Source of the DNA: Marispirochaeta sp. | GTDB lineage: Bacteria > Spirochaetota > Spirochaetia > JC444 > Marispirochaetaceae | Assembly (NCBI GenBank): GCA_963676835.2 | Contig: CAXXFF010000001.1 | Coordinates: 448,001-512,000 of the forward strand | Direction of reading: 5' to 3' | DNA length: 64,000 nt | In this document: positions 45,767 to 55,612 of the stretch, piece by piece | Numbering within the stretch: position 1 is the first letter of the stretch | Layout of the letters: the number at the start of each line of letters is the position of its first letter | The notes under the pieces: model-generated | What the model was told of the DNA's origin: nothing | The model's input: only the letters and a program-made list of their open reading frames with translations | Databases searched by the model: none | Made by a program: the position numbers and the translations under genes

Positions 45767-48424
45767 TTATCTGTCTGACAGAACCGCCTGAGCTGCCGCA
45801 AGACGGGCAATGGGCACCCTGAAGGGAGAACAGGAGACATAGTTGAGCCCGGTTTTATAGAAGAATTCTATAGACCGGGGATCTCCGCCATGTTCCCCGC
45901 AGACTCCCATCTTCATGCCGGGTTTGGTTTTACGTCCAAGTTCCACGGCAGTCGAAACCAGTCTGCCTACACCGGATATATCGATACTGGAAAAGGGATC
46001 GTGGTGAAGAATATTCTTCTCCAGATACTGGGGAATGAAGCTGCCCGCATCATCCCTGGAGAAGCCGTAGGTCATCTGGGTGAGGTCGTTGGTTCCAAAG
46101 CTGAAAAAATCTGCGTGGGCAGCCACTTCATCAGCAGTTATCGCCGCCCGGGGAATCTCTATCATGGTACCCACGGAACAGACAATGTCCACCTTTTTCT
46201 TCTTCATGGTCTCATCGGCAACTCTACAGGCAAGCTCCCGCAGAATCTCAATCTCCTCCCGGGTTCCAACCAGGGGAATCATGATTTCGGGAAACACTTC
46301 AACTCCGCTTTTTTTAACCTCACAGGCAGCCTGAATAATTGCTTCCACCTGCATTTCATAAATTTCCGGGAAGGTAACTCCCAGGCGGCAGCCCCGATGT
46401 CCAAGCATGGGGTTTGCCTCATGCAGAGATTCGATCTTTGCCTTCAGGGCTGCAGGCTTTATTCCAAGATCAGCGGAGATCTGCTTTATGTCCGCCGGTG
46501 TGGAGGGGACAAACTCATGCAGCGGCGGATCGAGAAGCCGAATAGTAACAGGATTACCGGCCATGGCCTTGAAGATGCCTTTGAAATCCTTTTTCTGCAA
46601 AGGCAGCAGCCGCTTCAGGGCCTTCTTTCTCTCTTCTGTGGAATCGGCAACAATCATCTCCTGAAAGATTGCCAGCTTGCCGTTCTCGAAAAACATATGC
46701 TCCGTGCGGCAGAGACCTATACCTTCCGCTCCGAAGCTGCGGGCCACCACGGCATCCTGCGGCTGATCGGCATTGGTGCGGATGGAAAATCCTTTTCCAT
46801 CGACATTTTCCCGTTCGGCACTGTTACGTATTTCGTCTGTCCAGGAGAGAAAGCGGGCAAGATCTTTTGTCATCTTCGGAACCACCAATGCCGCTTTTCC
46901 GGCAAATACTTCTCCGGTAGTACCGTTAATGGTAACCCAGTCCCCCTCTTTGAATTTATGGCTGCCAACTGCAAAGGTTTTTCCGCTGATGTTCAGCTCC
47001 TTACAGCCGGCAACACAGGGAGTTCCCATACCCCGGGCCACAACTGCAGCATGGCTGGTCATTCCGCCGGTGGACGTCAGCACGCCTTCGGCGGCATGCA
47101 TTCCACCGATATCTTCAGGGCTGGTCTCCCGGCGTACAAGCAGTACTTTTTTTCCCAGCGAAACCCATCGTTCCGCCTCATCCGCACTGAACACCACCTG
47201 TCCTGCAGCCGCACCGGGAGAGGCATTAAGTCCCTTTGTAATCAGTTTCACATCCTGATTCTGTTTGGGATCGATATTCGGATGAAAAAGCTGATCCAGC
47301 TGGGCAGGGCTCACCCGCAAGACTGCAGTATTTCGGTCAATGGCGCCTTCTTCCACCATATCTACAGCACATTTTACAGCCGCAGCCCCGGTACGTTTTG
47401 CATTTCTTGTCTGGAGGATAAAAAGCTCACCTTCCTGAATGGTAAACTCCATATCCTGCATATCCCGGTAATGATCTTCCAGAGAATCTTTGAGATCGAC
47501 CAGCTTTTTATATGCCTGAGCATTGGTTTTTTTCAGGGTACTTATAGGCCGGGGGGTTCGGATTCCCGCCACAACATCTTCACCCTGGGCATTCATAAGA
47601 AACTCACCATAAAAAACATTCTTTCCCGTTGAAGGGTCCCGGCTGAAACAGACACCGGTACCGCTGGTGTCACCGAAATTGCCGAAAACCATACTCTGAA
47701 CATTTACTGCGGTACCGAGAAGATCATCAATCTCGTTTATTCGACGGTATTTAATTGCCTGGGGATTATTCCATGAGCCGAATACCGCATCGATGGCATA
47801 ATTAAGCTGAACCTTGGGATCCTGGGGAAAGGCTTTCCCTGAGGCTTTTTTATATGCCCCCTTGTAGAGATCTACCAGTTCTTCGAGATCCCCGGCGGTA
47901 AGATGGGTATCCTCCTCCACTTTTTTCTTCTTTTTCATCCTGTGCAGAAGATCCTCAAACAGATTGATATCCAGACCCATGGCCACATTGGCAAACATCT
48001 GGATAAACCGGCGGTAGGCATCCCAGGCAAAACGGGGATTTCCCGTAAGCTCGCTCAAGCCTTTTACCGCCTTGTCGTTCATTCCCAGGTTGAGAATGGT
48101 GTCCATCATACCCGGCATGGATACAGCTGCTCCGGAACGGACCGAAACAAGCAGGGGATCTTTATGATCTCCCAGCTTCTTTCCCATCAGTTTTTCCAGA
48201 TGATCAAGATTTTCTGCAATCTGTTCGGATACACCATCGGGATAGGTACGGTTGTTTTTGTAGTAGGAGTCGCACACTTCTGTAGAAATAGTGAACCCCG
48301 GGGGGACGGGAATACCCAGGATGGTCATTTCCGCCAGGTTTGCCCCCTTTCCGCCGAGAAGCTCCTTCATAGATGCGCTTCCGTCGGCGTTTCCGTTACC
48401 GAAGAAATAGACGAATTTCTCCAT
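45767..48424 (-). CDS. ppdK: Pyruvate phosphate dikinase
   Basis: LGGKGANL, GGMTSHAAVVARG, FSFGTNDLTQ, GVCGEHGGDP. Confidence 0.97.
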   Translation of the reverse strand: MEKFVYFFGNGNADGSASMKELLGGKGANLAEMTILGIPVPPGFTISTEVCDSYYKNNRTYPDGVSEQIAENLDHLEKLMGKKLGDHKDPLLVSVRSGAAVSMPGMMDTILNLGMNDKAVKGLSELTGNPRFAWDAYRRFIQMFANVAMGLDINLFEDLLHRMKKKKKVEEDTHLTAGDLEELVDLYKGAYKKASGKAFPQDPKVQLNYAIDAVFGSWNNPQAIKYRRINEIDDLLGTAVNVQSMVFGNFGDTSGTGVCFSRDPSTGKNVFYGEFLMNAQGEDVVAGIRTPRPISTLKKTNAQAYKKLVDLKDSLEDHYRDMQDMEFTIQEGELFILQTRNAKRTGAAAVKCAVDMVEEGAIDRNTAVLRVSPAQLDQLFHPNIDPKQNQDVKLITKGLNASPGAAAGQVVFSADEAERWVSLGKKVLLVRRETSPEDIGGMHAAEGVLTSTGGMTSHAAVVARGMGTPCVAGCKELNISGKTFAVGSHKFKEGDWVTINGTTGEVFAGKAALVVPKMTKDLARFLSWTDEIRNSAERENVDGKGFSIRTNADQPQDAVVARSFGAEGIGLCRTEHMFFENGKLAIFQEMIVADSTEERKKALKRLLPLQKKDFKGIFKAMAGNPVTIRLLDPPLHEFVPSTPADIKQISADLGIKPAALKAKIESLHEANPMLGHRGCRLGVTFPEIYEMQVEAIIQAACEVKKSGVEVFPEIMIPLVGTREEIEILRELACRVADETMKKKKVDIVCSVGTMIEIPRAAITADEVAAHADFFSFGTNDLTQMTYGFSRDDAGSFIPQYLEKNILHHDPFSSIDISGVGRLVSTAVELGRKTKPGMKMGVCGEHGGDPRSIEFFYKTGLNYVSCSPFRVPIARLAAAQAVLSDR

Positions 48425-48526
48425 AACTATTTTTTTCCTCCATATGTTAATACCGGACCTTCATCGCCGGTATGAGATACACGATATTGGTCTTACCAGT
48501 TATCACTATAAACCCGATTCGGCCAT

Positions 48527-48564
48527 AAAAAAAGCCCTGATTCCATATATTTGGAAATCAGGGC
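48527..48564 (-). terminator. Intrinsic terminator of the sigma factor gene
   Basis: GCCCTGATTCCA/TGGAAATCAGGGC stem with T-run on the minus strand. Confidence 0.75.
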
Positions 48565-48588
48565 CGAATATTCAGTATATGAGACAGA

Positions 48589-49461
48589 TCAGGCGGTGTA
48601 AGCCTCCAGATACTGGCTCCGGGAAGGATGCTGAAGCCGTTTAATGGCTTTTTTCTCGATCTGCCGGATCCGTTCCTTGGTAAGGTTATACTTGTCGCCG
48701 ATCTCCTTGAGAGAGAGAGGACTGTAGCCGTTCAGTCCGAAACGGTACTGGATAATCTCGGATTCCTTATCGGTGAGGGTGTTGAGTACCTCGTTGATAT
48801 CAGCTATCAGAGAGTTTTCAATTGCTACATCTTCAGGCTGTTCGTAACCGGAATCTTCGATAAAATCTCCAAGCTGGGAAGAATCTTTCTCGTTGTAAAC
48901 CGGTGTCTCCAGAGAAACCAGATCCCGTGAGATATTTATCAGGTCCTGTACATGGCTTTCGTCCATGTTAACCGCCCGGGCAATCTCCTTCAGTTCAGGA
49001 TCTTCCGCTTTACCGGACTGCAGTTCCTTGCGTGCCTTCTCTATCTGGACCAGTTCGTTTGCCCTGTTTAAGGGTAGACGGATCATTCTGGACTTTTCGC
49101 AGATTGCCTTCAGTATAGCCTGCCGGATCCACCATACCGCGTAGGATATGAAATGGTATCCCTTGTCTACATCAAAGCGCTCGATGGCGTTCATAAGACC
49201 GATATTGCCTTCGCTTATCAGGTCTGTCAGGGGGAGTCCCTGATTCTGATATTTTTTGGCCACGTTTACTACAAAACGAAGGTTTGCCTGAACCAGTTTA
49301 TCTTTTGCCCACTGCTCGCCTTTTTCAGCTGCCCGGGCGTATTTATCTTCTTCCTCCCTGGTCAACAGGGGGATTCGGTTGATTTCCTTGAGGTACATGG
49401 AAAGAACGTTTTCATCGTCATATGAACTTCTTTTACCTGCATACTGTCGTGTCTGAGCCAT
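48589..49461 (-). CDS. Group 2 (RpoS-like) sigma70-family factor lacking region 1.1
   Basis: YLKEI, DLISEGNIGLM, YAVWWIRQ, TKERIRQIE; ATG 49461 with CAGGAGG. Confidence 0.9.
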   Translation of the reverse strand: MAQTRQYAGKRSSYDDENVLSMYLKEINRIPLLTREEEDKYARAAEKGEQWAKDKLVQANLRFVVNVAKKYQNQGLPLTDLISEGNIGLMNAIERFDVDKGYHFISYAVWWIRQAILKAICEKSRMIRLPLNRANELVQIEKARKELQSGKAEDPELKEIARAVNMDESHVQDLINISRDLVSLETPVYNEKDSSQLGDFIEDSGYEQPEDVAIENSLIADINEVLNTLTDKESEIIQYRFGLNGYSPLSLKEIGDKYNLTKERIRQIEKKAIKRLQHPSRSQYLEAYTA

Positions 49462-49483
49462 TGTTGCCTCCTGCATAATATAA

Positions 49484-49500
49484 TGCAATCGGTGTGCCAA
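49484..49500 (-). promoter_or_regulatory. sigma54 (-24/-12) promoter
   Basis: TTGGCACACCGATTGCA on the minus strand: GG-N10-GC, matches TGGCAC-N5-TTGCA. Confidence 0.85.
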
Positions 49501-49635
49501 CAAACACAATTTTAACAAATTTTATATTTCGTTACAGGGTAGCGATTTATTTAATGCGATTATTTTAATAATCTTTACCCTGAATATGCGGTGAGTCAAA
49601 ATAACCCAGTATCAATATTTTTCCCTTTTACTGCG

Positions 49636-50313
49636 TCAAAAAAGGCCAAATAGGAGTTCTTCCTCAGCGATTGTGCGCCCGCAGCATTGAGAATAGGATA
49701 AACCGCTTCTGCAGGGGCAGGGATCAGAGCCGTTTACCCGGTTATGCTTATGAAAATCTACGGTTATTATGCCGCCGTTTTCATCCGGATCATCGGGAAC
49801 GGAAAAATAGGGAAAAATAATATCAATGGAAGCAAAGAGTTCAAGCTTCTCACACAGGCCCTTGCTGCGGAGAACTCCCGAATGGATTATCCCCTGCCAG
49901 TACTCGTAGATAAGGTCCCAGATCATGTCCTTTTCGCCCTGACTGCCGATCTTTCTGCTGCGTTTGGAGCTGAGGTACTTTTTCAGCTGTATGGCATAGA
50001 ATGCATTCCAGTCGTCAAGCTCCTGGTTAGGCTGACGCAGCATACCGTAATCATTGATAAAGCGGTCGGCCATTCGTCCGGCATAACTTCTTGGTGCAAC
50101 AGTTCTGGCGGTTTTCCAGGTTTTGAGGGCGGAAGAAGGCATACCCACCTTTTTCAGGGCAATTCCAAGGTAGAAAAGCCTCATGACCAGATCGTTACGC
50201 TGACTGACAGGACAACGCTTTACCGACTGACGAAGATACTCCAGAGCGACTCCGGGCCTGTGATGCGCAAGAAGCCGTTTTCCGCTGATGAACATTCTTT
50301 TGCTCGTATGCAT
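49636..50313 (-). CDS. SEC-C motif protein with N-terminal TPR-like region
   Basis: C-terminal DPCPCRSGLSYSQCCG. Confidence 0.75.
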   Translation of the reverse strand: MHTSKRMFISGKRLLAHHRPGVALEYLRQSVKRCPVSQRNDLVMRLFYLGIALKKVGMPSSALKTWKTARTVAPRSYAGRMADRFINDYGMLRQPNQELDDWNAFYAIQLKKYLSSKRSRKIGSQGEKDMIWDLIYEYWQGIIHSGVLRSKGLCEKLELFASIDIIFPYFSVPDDPDENGGIITVDFHKHNRVNGSDPCPCRSGLSYSQCCGRTIAEEELLFGLF

Positions 50314-50368
50314 CCCTAACTCCAGGAGATAAAATACTTACACAAAAGCAAATCGGCAATAGGCGCCC

Positions 50369-50397
50369 TTGACCCTTTTTCCCTCACTCCGTATATT
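50369..50397 (+). promoter_or_regulatory. sigma70 promoter of groES
   Basis: TTGACC-17 nt-TATATT. Confidence 0.6.
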
Positions 50398-50461
50398 TCA
50401 GAACGAATTCAATTAACACTTAGGTAATTTTCCCCGGTGGAAATATATACAGGAGGAATGA

Positions 50462-50725
50462 ATGAAGGTTAATCCGATTGGCGATCGCGTACTGATCAAG
50501 CTTGAAGAAATGGAAGAGAAAACTGCAAGCGGGATCTTTATCCCCCAGACAGCCCAGGAAAAAACTCAGTCCGGAATTATCGAAGCAGTAGGCGACGATG
50601 AGTCTGTTACCGTAAAGGTCGGACAGAAGGTAATGTACGACAAATATGCCGGAACAACCATTACCGTTGACGGTACTGATATGCTCCTCGTACGCATGTC
50701 AGACATTATGGCTGTTATCGACTGA
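50462..50725 (+). CDS. groES: Co-chaperonin GroES
   Basis: PIGDRVLI...KTASGIFIP.TAQEK...KYAGT. Confidence 0.97.
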   Translation: MKVNPIGDRVLIKLEEMEEKTASGIFIPQTAQEKTQSGIIEAVGDDESVTVKVGQKVMYDKYAGTTITVDGTDMLLVRMSDIMAVID

Positions 50726-50756
50726 TACAGATCAATGCGAATTCAAATGAGTTCGG

Positions 50757-50789
50757 ACCTCCCGCTTAAAACAGGCGGGAGGTTTTTTT
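50757..50789 (+). terminator. Intrinsic terminator of groES
   Basis: ACCTCCCGC/GCGGGAGGT stem followed by T-run. Confidence 0.85.
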
Positions 50790-50835
50790 ATACCCTTAAA
50801 AAATTGCAGTCTGCAGCCGCATTGTCCGGCAGCAT

Positions 50836-53256
50836 TTAACTGTAGAGAAAGTCCTCCACATCACGCAGAATCTGCTCCTCAGATCCAAAGGATCTGCGGG
50901 TTTCCGGCAGAGACTGAAGGAAGATCCGGCCGTAACTCTTGCGCAGAATACGGGGATCGCAGACAACAACCACCCCCCGGTCGGTCTGACTGCGAATAAG
51001 CCTGCCGAACCCCTGCTTGAAACGCATGACAGCCTGGGGAAGGGAAAGCTGAAAGAAGGAGTTTCCGCCGCCGGCTTCAACAGCCTCCATCCGGGCCTGA
51101 AGCACAGGATCAGAGGGCACCGTAAAGGGAAGCCTGAAAAGTATAAGCATGGTCAGAGTCTCTCCGGGGCTGTCCACCCCCTCCCAGAAAGATTCAGTTG
51201 CAAAGAGAACACTTCCTGTATCCCGGTTAAACTGCTCTAAAAGCCTGGTGCGGTCATCATCACCCTGTTTGAGCACGGTTATCCCGGCCTGCTCCAGTTC
51301 CGGCGCTGTCGTCTCATATACCGAACGCAGCATACTGTAGGAGGTAAACAGCAGAAGCCCCCTGCCCTCGCTGATCTTCAGCAGATCAAGGGCCAGGCTG
51401 CCGGTAAAGGGCGTATATTCCGGCTGCTGCGGATCCGGAGCACCCTCGGGAATACAGAGCAGCACATTGGATTTATAGGGGAAAGGAGAGGCGAACATGG
51501 CACTCATATGGGGATAATCAACCAGGCCCATACGTTCTTCCCAGTAGGTAAACTCCTGCCGTACTGTAAGAGTCGCTGAGGTCATAACCACAGTATCAAA
51601 AGGATCATATACCGCTTCCCGCATGAGGGTACGGATATCCAGGGGGCTGGCATTGTAGAAGATATGAAAATCCTTACCCAGCCGCTTTTTCTCCAGCCAG
51701 AAAACCTGATCCGGCCGCTCCCGGAATTCCCGGAAGCTGTCGCAGACAGAGAGAAAGCCTGCTATCCGGCGCTGAATCACCTTCAGTTCGTGGAGGGCCG
51801 GATCTTCAAGGTGCTCTTCCGGAACCGACTCGGCAATACGGCCCAGTAGGGAGTAGAGCTCCCCCAGGGGACGGTGGACCTGGTTCAGAACATCCAGTAC
51901 CAGCTCCGCAAGCTTCTCATCTCCCGCAGCCTTAAGCCTCCAGGTTCCTGCGGTTTCAAGGATTCGGTCAAGTTCCTTTTCGGCATCTTCAAAGGCATCA
52001 CGGATATTCTGAATAGCCTGGGGCGTTTTACTGCTGACAGCAGTATCCGGCAGCAGGGCCTCAACCTTGACCAGGGCCCCGAATACACGGTTTCGCCTCT
52101 TTCTGTGCAGCCTGGCCAGCTGTTTATAGACCGACAGCCGGGAAAGTCCGGAGGAAAAATAGGAGGTGGCGTTACGCTCAATGTTATGTGCTTCATCAAA
52201 GACAATCTTATGAAACGGCGGAAGCACTGCAGTACCTTCAAAGCCCAGGGATTCCATACGCAGGGCAAGATCGGAAAAAAGCAGATGATGATTAACAATC
52301 AGAACCTGGGCAGCCGCCGCCTGCCGGCGTGCCTTGATAACGAAACAGGCTTCCCGGTGCCGGCAGCGCAGTCCAAGACAGCTGTCTGCCTCGGAGTTAA
52401 CCTTGTTCCAGAGCTCCCGGGAGGGATAAACAGGCAGATCACTCAAGGAGCCGGAATCAGTGATTTCCGCCCACTCTTTTATGGTCTCAAGGTCACCTCC
52501 CTCTTCACGGAAAAGGGAATCCTCCTCCAGGGTCTCCTCAAGGCGATGATAGCAGAGATAATTTCCCCGGCCTTTAACCAGGACACAATTGACTTTGGAC
52601 TGCATAATTTTAAGAACAGTAGGAATATCCTTGTCCAGAAGCTGGTTCTGCAGATTGATTGTTCCTGTAGAGAGCACAACCCGCTGTTTGTTGGTTTCCG
52701 CCCAGGCAACGGCAGGCAGGAGGTAGGCGAAAGACTTTCCAACTCCCGTTCCCGCTTCCACAAGAGATACACTGTTGCGGTTGAAGCTGTCGGTTACCAT
52801 GCGGGCCATCTCTATCTGGGTATCACGCTTTTCATAGCGGATTTGTTCAGATAGGGGCCCCGACGGTGAGAGAAAGGATTCAATGTAATCCGGATCTATT
52901 TCACTGATCTCATCTCCGGAAACCGCTTCCGCCACTACATAAATATTCTCAACCGGGTTATCCACAATATAAAAACCGACACCCCGGTTCCCGAGAAAGG
53001 AAGCGATCCCCAGGTCCGCGCCACTGGGCTGCAGATTTCCCGAAGGATGGTTGTGGAGTACAACATCAGCTTTTTCCAGAAAGGGTGCAAGTGCGGGAAC
53101 GGAGACTTCATTACCCCGGGCTCCCACCATAACTGTCGAAACCATCCCGTCATCGTTGAGGGTCCCGATAAAAAAGACCTCATTCCCGCCGGCTTCCTCA
53201 ATGGCAGAAAGAATGTTCTCCCGTACATGCGCGAGAAGATAATTTTCTATTTTCAT
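50836..53256 (-). CDS. DinG/YoaA-family helicase with N-terminal JAB/MPN domain
   Basis: HNHPSG...PS.AD; EAGTGVGKS, Fe-S cysteines, DEAH, QGFGRLIR. Confidence 0.9.
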   Translation of the reverse strand: MKIENYLLAHVRENILSAIEEAGGNEVFFIGTLNDDGMVSTVMVGARGNEVSVPALAPFLEKADVVLHNHPSGNLQPSGADLGIASFLGNRGVGFYIVDNPVENIYVVAEAVSGDEISEIDPDYIESFLSPSGPLSEQIRYEKRDTQIEMARMVTDSFNRNSVSLVEAGTGVGKSFAYLLPAVAWAETNKQRVVLSTGTINLQNQLLDKDIPTVLKIMQSKVNCVLVKGRGNYLCYHRLEETLEEDSLFREEGGDLETIKEWAEITDSGSLSDLPVYPSRELWNKVNSEADSCLGLRCRHREACFVIKARRQAAAAQVLIVNHHLLFSDLALRMESLGFEGTAVLPPFHKIVFDEAHNIERNATSYFSSGLSRLSVYKQLARLHRKRRNRVFGALVKVEALLPDTAVSSKTPQAIQNIRDAFEDAEKELDRILETAGTWRLKAAGDEKLAELVLDVLNQVHRPLGELYSLLGRIAESVPEEHLEDPALHELKVIQRRIAGFLSVCDSFREFRERPDQVFWLEKKRLGKDFHIFYNASPLDIRTLMREAVYDPFDTVVMTSATLTVRQEFTYWEERMGLVDYPHMSAMFASPFPYKSNVLLCIPEGAPDPQQPEYTPFTGSLALDLLKISEGRGLLLFTSYSMLRSVYETTAPELEQAGITVLKQGDDDRTRLLEQFNRDTGSVLFATESFWEGVDSPGETLTMLILFRLPFTVPSDPVLQARMEAVEAGGGNSFFQLSLPQAVMRFKQGFGRLIRSQTDRGVVVVCDPRILRKSYGRIFLQSLPETRRSFGSEEQILRDVEDFLYS

Positions 53257-53272
53257 TCCCTTCTGCGGTTTC

Positions 53273-54073
53273 CTAAAGCAGGATCTCCATGACGGTTTCC
53301 ACCATGCTGCGGAATTGAGACTCCACCCTGGCGGCGGTTTCTATTACCTCTGAGTGATTCAGCGGCTGATCAAGAATACCCGCAGCCATGTTGGTAATAC
53401 AGGAAAAACCGACGGTCTTCATGCCGAGATAGTTCGCCATTACCGCTTCGGGTACGGTAGACATTCCCACCATATCAGCCCCCATGGCCTCCGCCATGCG
53501 GATCTCCGCCGGAGTTTCGTAGCAGGGGCCGGAAAAGCCGGCATATACCCCCTCTTCCGGCGCAGGAGAAAGGGTCTCCCGGATTGTTTTACGCAGCTCC
53601 CGTGAGTATGTATCGGTCATATCCGGGAAGCGCGGCCCCAGGGATGAGTCGTTGGGCCCGGTAAGGGGATTGGCTCCCATCAGGTTGATATGATCCTTAA
53701 TCAGGACAATCTGTCCCGGTGTATAGCCGCGGTTCACCCCGCCTGCAGCGTTGGTGACAATAAGACGCTCCACCCCCATGGCCTTGAGCAGAAGCACCGG
53801 CTTGACCACATCCTTCATCGGGTGGCCTTCATAGAAATGGAATCTTCCTGCAAGCAGGGCATAGTCGGAGCTTACTTTCAGAAATCCGCGGTGCCCTTCT
53901 ACGGTGGGTTTGGGAAAATCCGGCAGTTCTCCGTAGTCAATAACTTCGCCGTCCAGAGAATCGGCAATAGAGGAGAGTCCCGAACCGAGAATAACTCCGA
54001 CCACGGGACGGTGTGCTGTACGTTTGGCAGCTGCTTCCTGCAGCCGGGATATAACAGATGCATAGGTATTCAT
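53273..54073 (-). CDS. punA: Purine-nucleoside phosphorylase (trimeric family)
   Basis: ILGSGL, GRFHFYEG, NAAGG, GPCYET.AE, VGMSTVPE. Confidence 0.93.
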   Translation of the reverse strand: MNTYASVISRLQEAAAKRTAHRPVVGVILGSGLSSIADSLDGEVIDYGELPDFPKPTVEGHRGFLKVSSDYALLAGRFHFYEGHPMKDVVKPVLLLKAMGVERLIVTNAAGGVNRGYTPGQIVLIKDHINLMGANPLTGPNDSSLGPRFPDMTDTYSRELRKTIRETLSPAPEEGVYAGFSGPCYETPAEIRMAEAMGADMVGMSTVPEAVMANYLGMKTVGFSCITNMAAGILDQPLNHSEVIETAARVESQFRSMVETVMEILL

Positions 54074-54258
54074 ATTCAACTCCCCCTTCAATGATTATCT
54101 CCGGTGATGATAAAAAATTCAAGCAAGACCGGCTGTTTGGGAATATCCTGACCGGTGACGCGTTGACAATGCATTTTCTTCATGGTACTAGATGAAGGCT
54201 CTAATCTGATACAAAAAATCTACGAAACTGGAAGGATTTATTCCTCAAGGAGCTTGGT

Positions 54259-55596
54259 ATGGTTGTTATGAAATTCGGGGGAACTTCTGTTCAGGACGCA
54301 CAGCGCATCGATCAGGCGCTGGATATTGCAGCAGCACAGCTGGTTAACGAACCTCTGCTTGTGTCCTCTGCCATGGCGAAAATTACCGACACCCTGGTTG
54401 CTATTACCGGCCTTGCGGAAGAGGGCAATTTTTCCGAAGCTGAAAAACTTCTGGTAGAGATGAAAGACCGCCATTTATCTGTGGCTGAAGATTTTCTTGA
54501 GGATAAACAGCTTTCCGCCTGCAGAAACGATATAGATGAACTCTACCTGCAGCTTATAGCCCTTGTCCGGGGTTCAAGTCTGCTGCATGAATGCAGCCCC
54601 AGGAGCAGAGACGCGATATTCTCCTTCGGCGAACTCCTTTCCACCAAGCTGATCTACCACCGGGCGGTGGCCCGGGGAATAGATGCGGTTTGGGTGGATT
54701 CGCGGCAGTGCATAATTACAGACAGCAACTTTACTGCTGCTATCCCGAACTTCGATGCCACCGACAAAGCGGTGCGCAAACATATCAAACCCCACAAAAA
54801 CCATCTCTATGTTGCTCAGGGCTTTATATCGAGTGACAGCCGGGGAACAACCACAACCCTTGGCCGTGGAGGTAGCGACTACAGCGCCGCCATCTTCGGT
54901 GCGGCCCTGAAGGCAGACGAAGTGCAGATATGGACCGACGTTAACGGTATTCTCACTTCCGACCCGCGGCTGGTGCCACAGGCCCGCACCATCGGCTCAA
55001 TCACCTACGACGAAGCTGCTGAGCTTGCCTATTTCGGAGCCAAGGTTGTTCACCCTTCAACCATTCAGCCGGCGGTTCGCCACAATATACCGGTGTTTGT
55101 AAAAAATACCGGCGAACCGGAAAATCCCGGAACCCTTATCAGCGGCAAAGCGGAAGGATCCGGATTGAGAGCCATTGCCGGTAAAAAAGGCATTACCCTG
55201 ATAAATGTTTCCTCCTCCCGCATGCTGAATGCCTACGGCTTTTTAAGCAGGATCTTTGCAACCTTCAACGACTTCCACACTCCGGTAGACCTGGTGGCAA
55301 CATCTGAAGTCAGTGTCAGCATGACCATCGATTCCACGAAGTACCTTGAAGAAATTACCGTGGAACTTGAAAAAATCGGTCAGGTCAAGGTTATGAAAGA
55401 CGTCAGCATTATCTGTCTGGTAGGTCTCAACCTGTGGAGGGACTCCATGCTTATTTCACGGGTCTTTGCAGCCCTCGACGGTGTACCCATCCAGATGGTT
55501 TCACTCGGGTCCTCCGATATAAACCTTTCGCTGGTAGTACCCGCTGAACATGGTGATTCGGCCATAAAAACACTGCACAAGCAGCTTCTGGAATAG
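54259..55596 (+). CDS. lysC: Aspartate kinase (LysC/AKIII type)
   Basis: MKFGGTSV, TLGRGGSDYSA, WTDV.G...DPR, two ACT domains; promoter TTGACA-17-TACTAG at 54163-54191. Confidence 0.95.
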   Translation: MVVMKFGGTSVQDAQRIDQALDIAAAQLVNEPLLVSSAMAKITDTLVAITGLAEEGNFSEAEKLLVEMKDRHLSVAEDFLEDKQLSACRNDIDELYLQLIALVRGSSLLHECSPRSRDAIFSFGELLSTKLIYHRAVARGIDAVWVDSRQCIITDSNFTAAIPNFDATDKAVRKHIKPHKNHLYVAQGFISSDSRGTTTTLGRGGSDYSAAIFGAALKADEVQIWTDVNGILTSDPRLVPQARTIGSITYDEAAELAYFGAKVVHPSTIQPAVRHNIPVFVKNTGEPENPGTLISGKAEGSGLRAIAGKKGITLINVSSSRMLNAYGFLSRIFATFNDFHTPVDLVATSEVSVSMTIDSTKYLEEITVELEKIGQVKVMKDVSIICLVGLNLWRDSMLISRVFAALDGVPIQMVSLGSSDINLSLVVPAEHGDSAIKTLHKQLLE

Positions 55597-55612
55597 GCAC
55601 CGGAGGCCTTCA

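Noticed and set aside
45890..47632. 580-aa plus-strand ORF
   Set aside because: Antisense shadow of ppdK with no recognisable motifs. The same applies to other long shadows such as 51874-52854, 58332-59192, 26829-27620 and 38647-39342.
50413..50439. CIRCE element upstream of groES
   Set aside because: Only a left-half-like TTAACACTT is present; the right half GAGTGCTAA is absent.
50462..50725. groES without adjacent groEL as an anomaly
   Set aside because: Separated groES and groEL is usual in Treponema/Borrelia-like spirochaetes.
54192..54258. Lysine riboswitch upstream of lysC
   Set aside because: The predicted leader is only about 60 nt, far too short, and lacks recognisable L-box structure.
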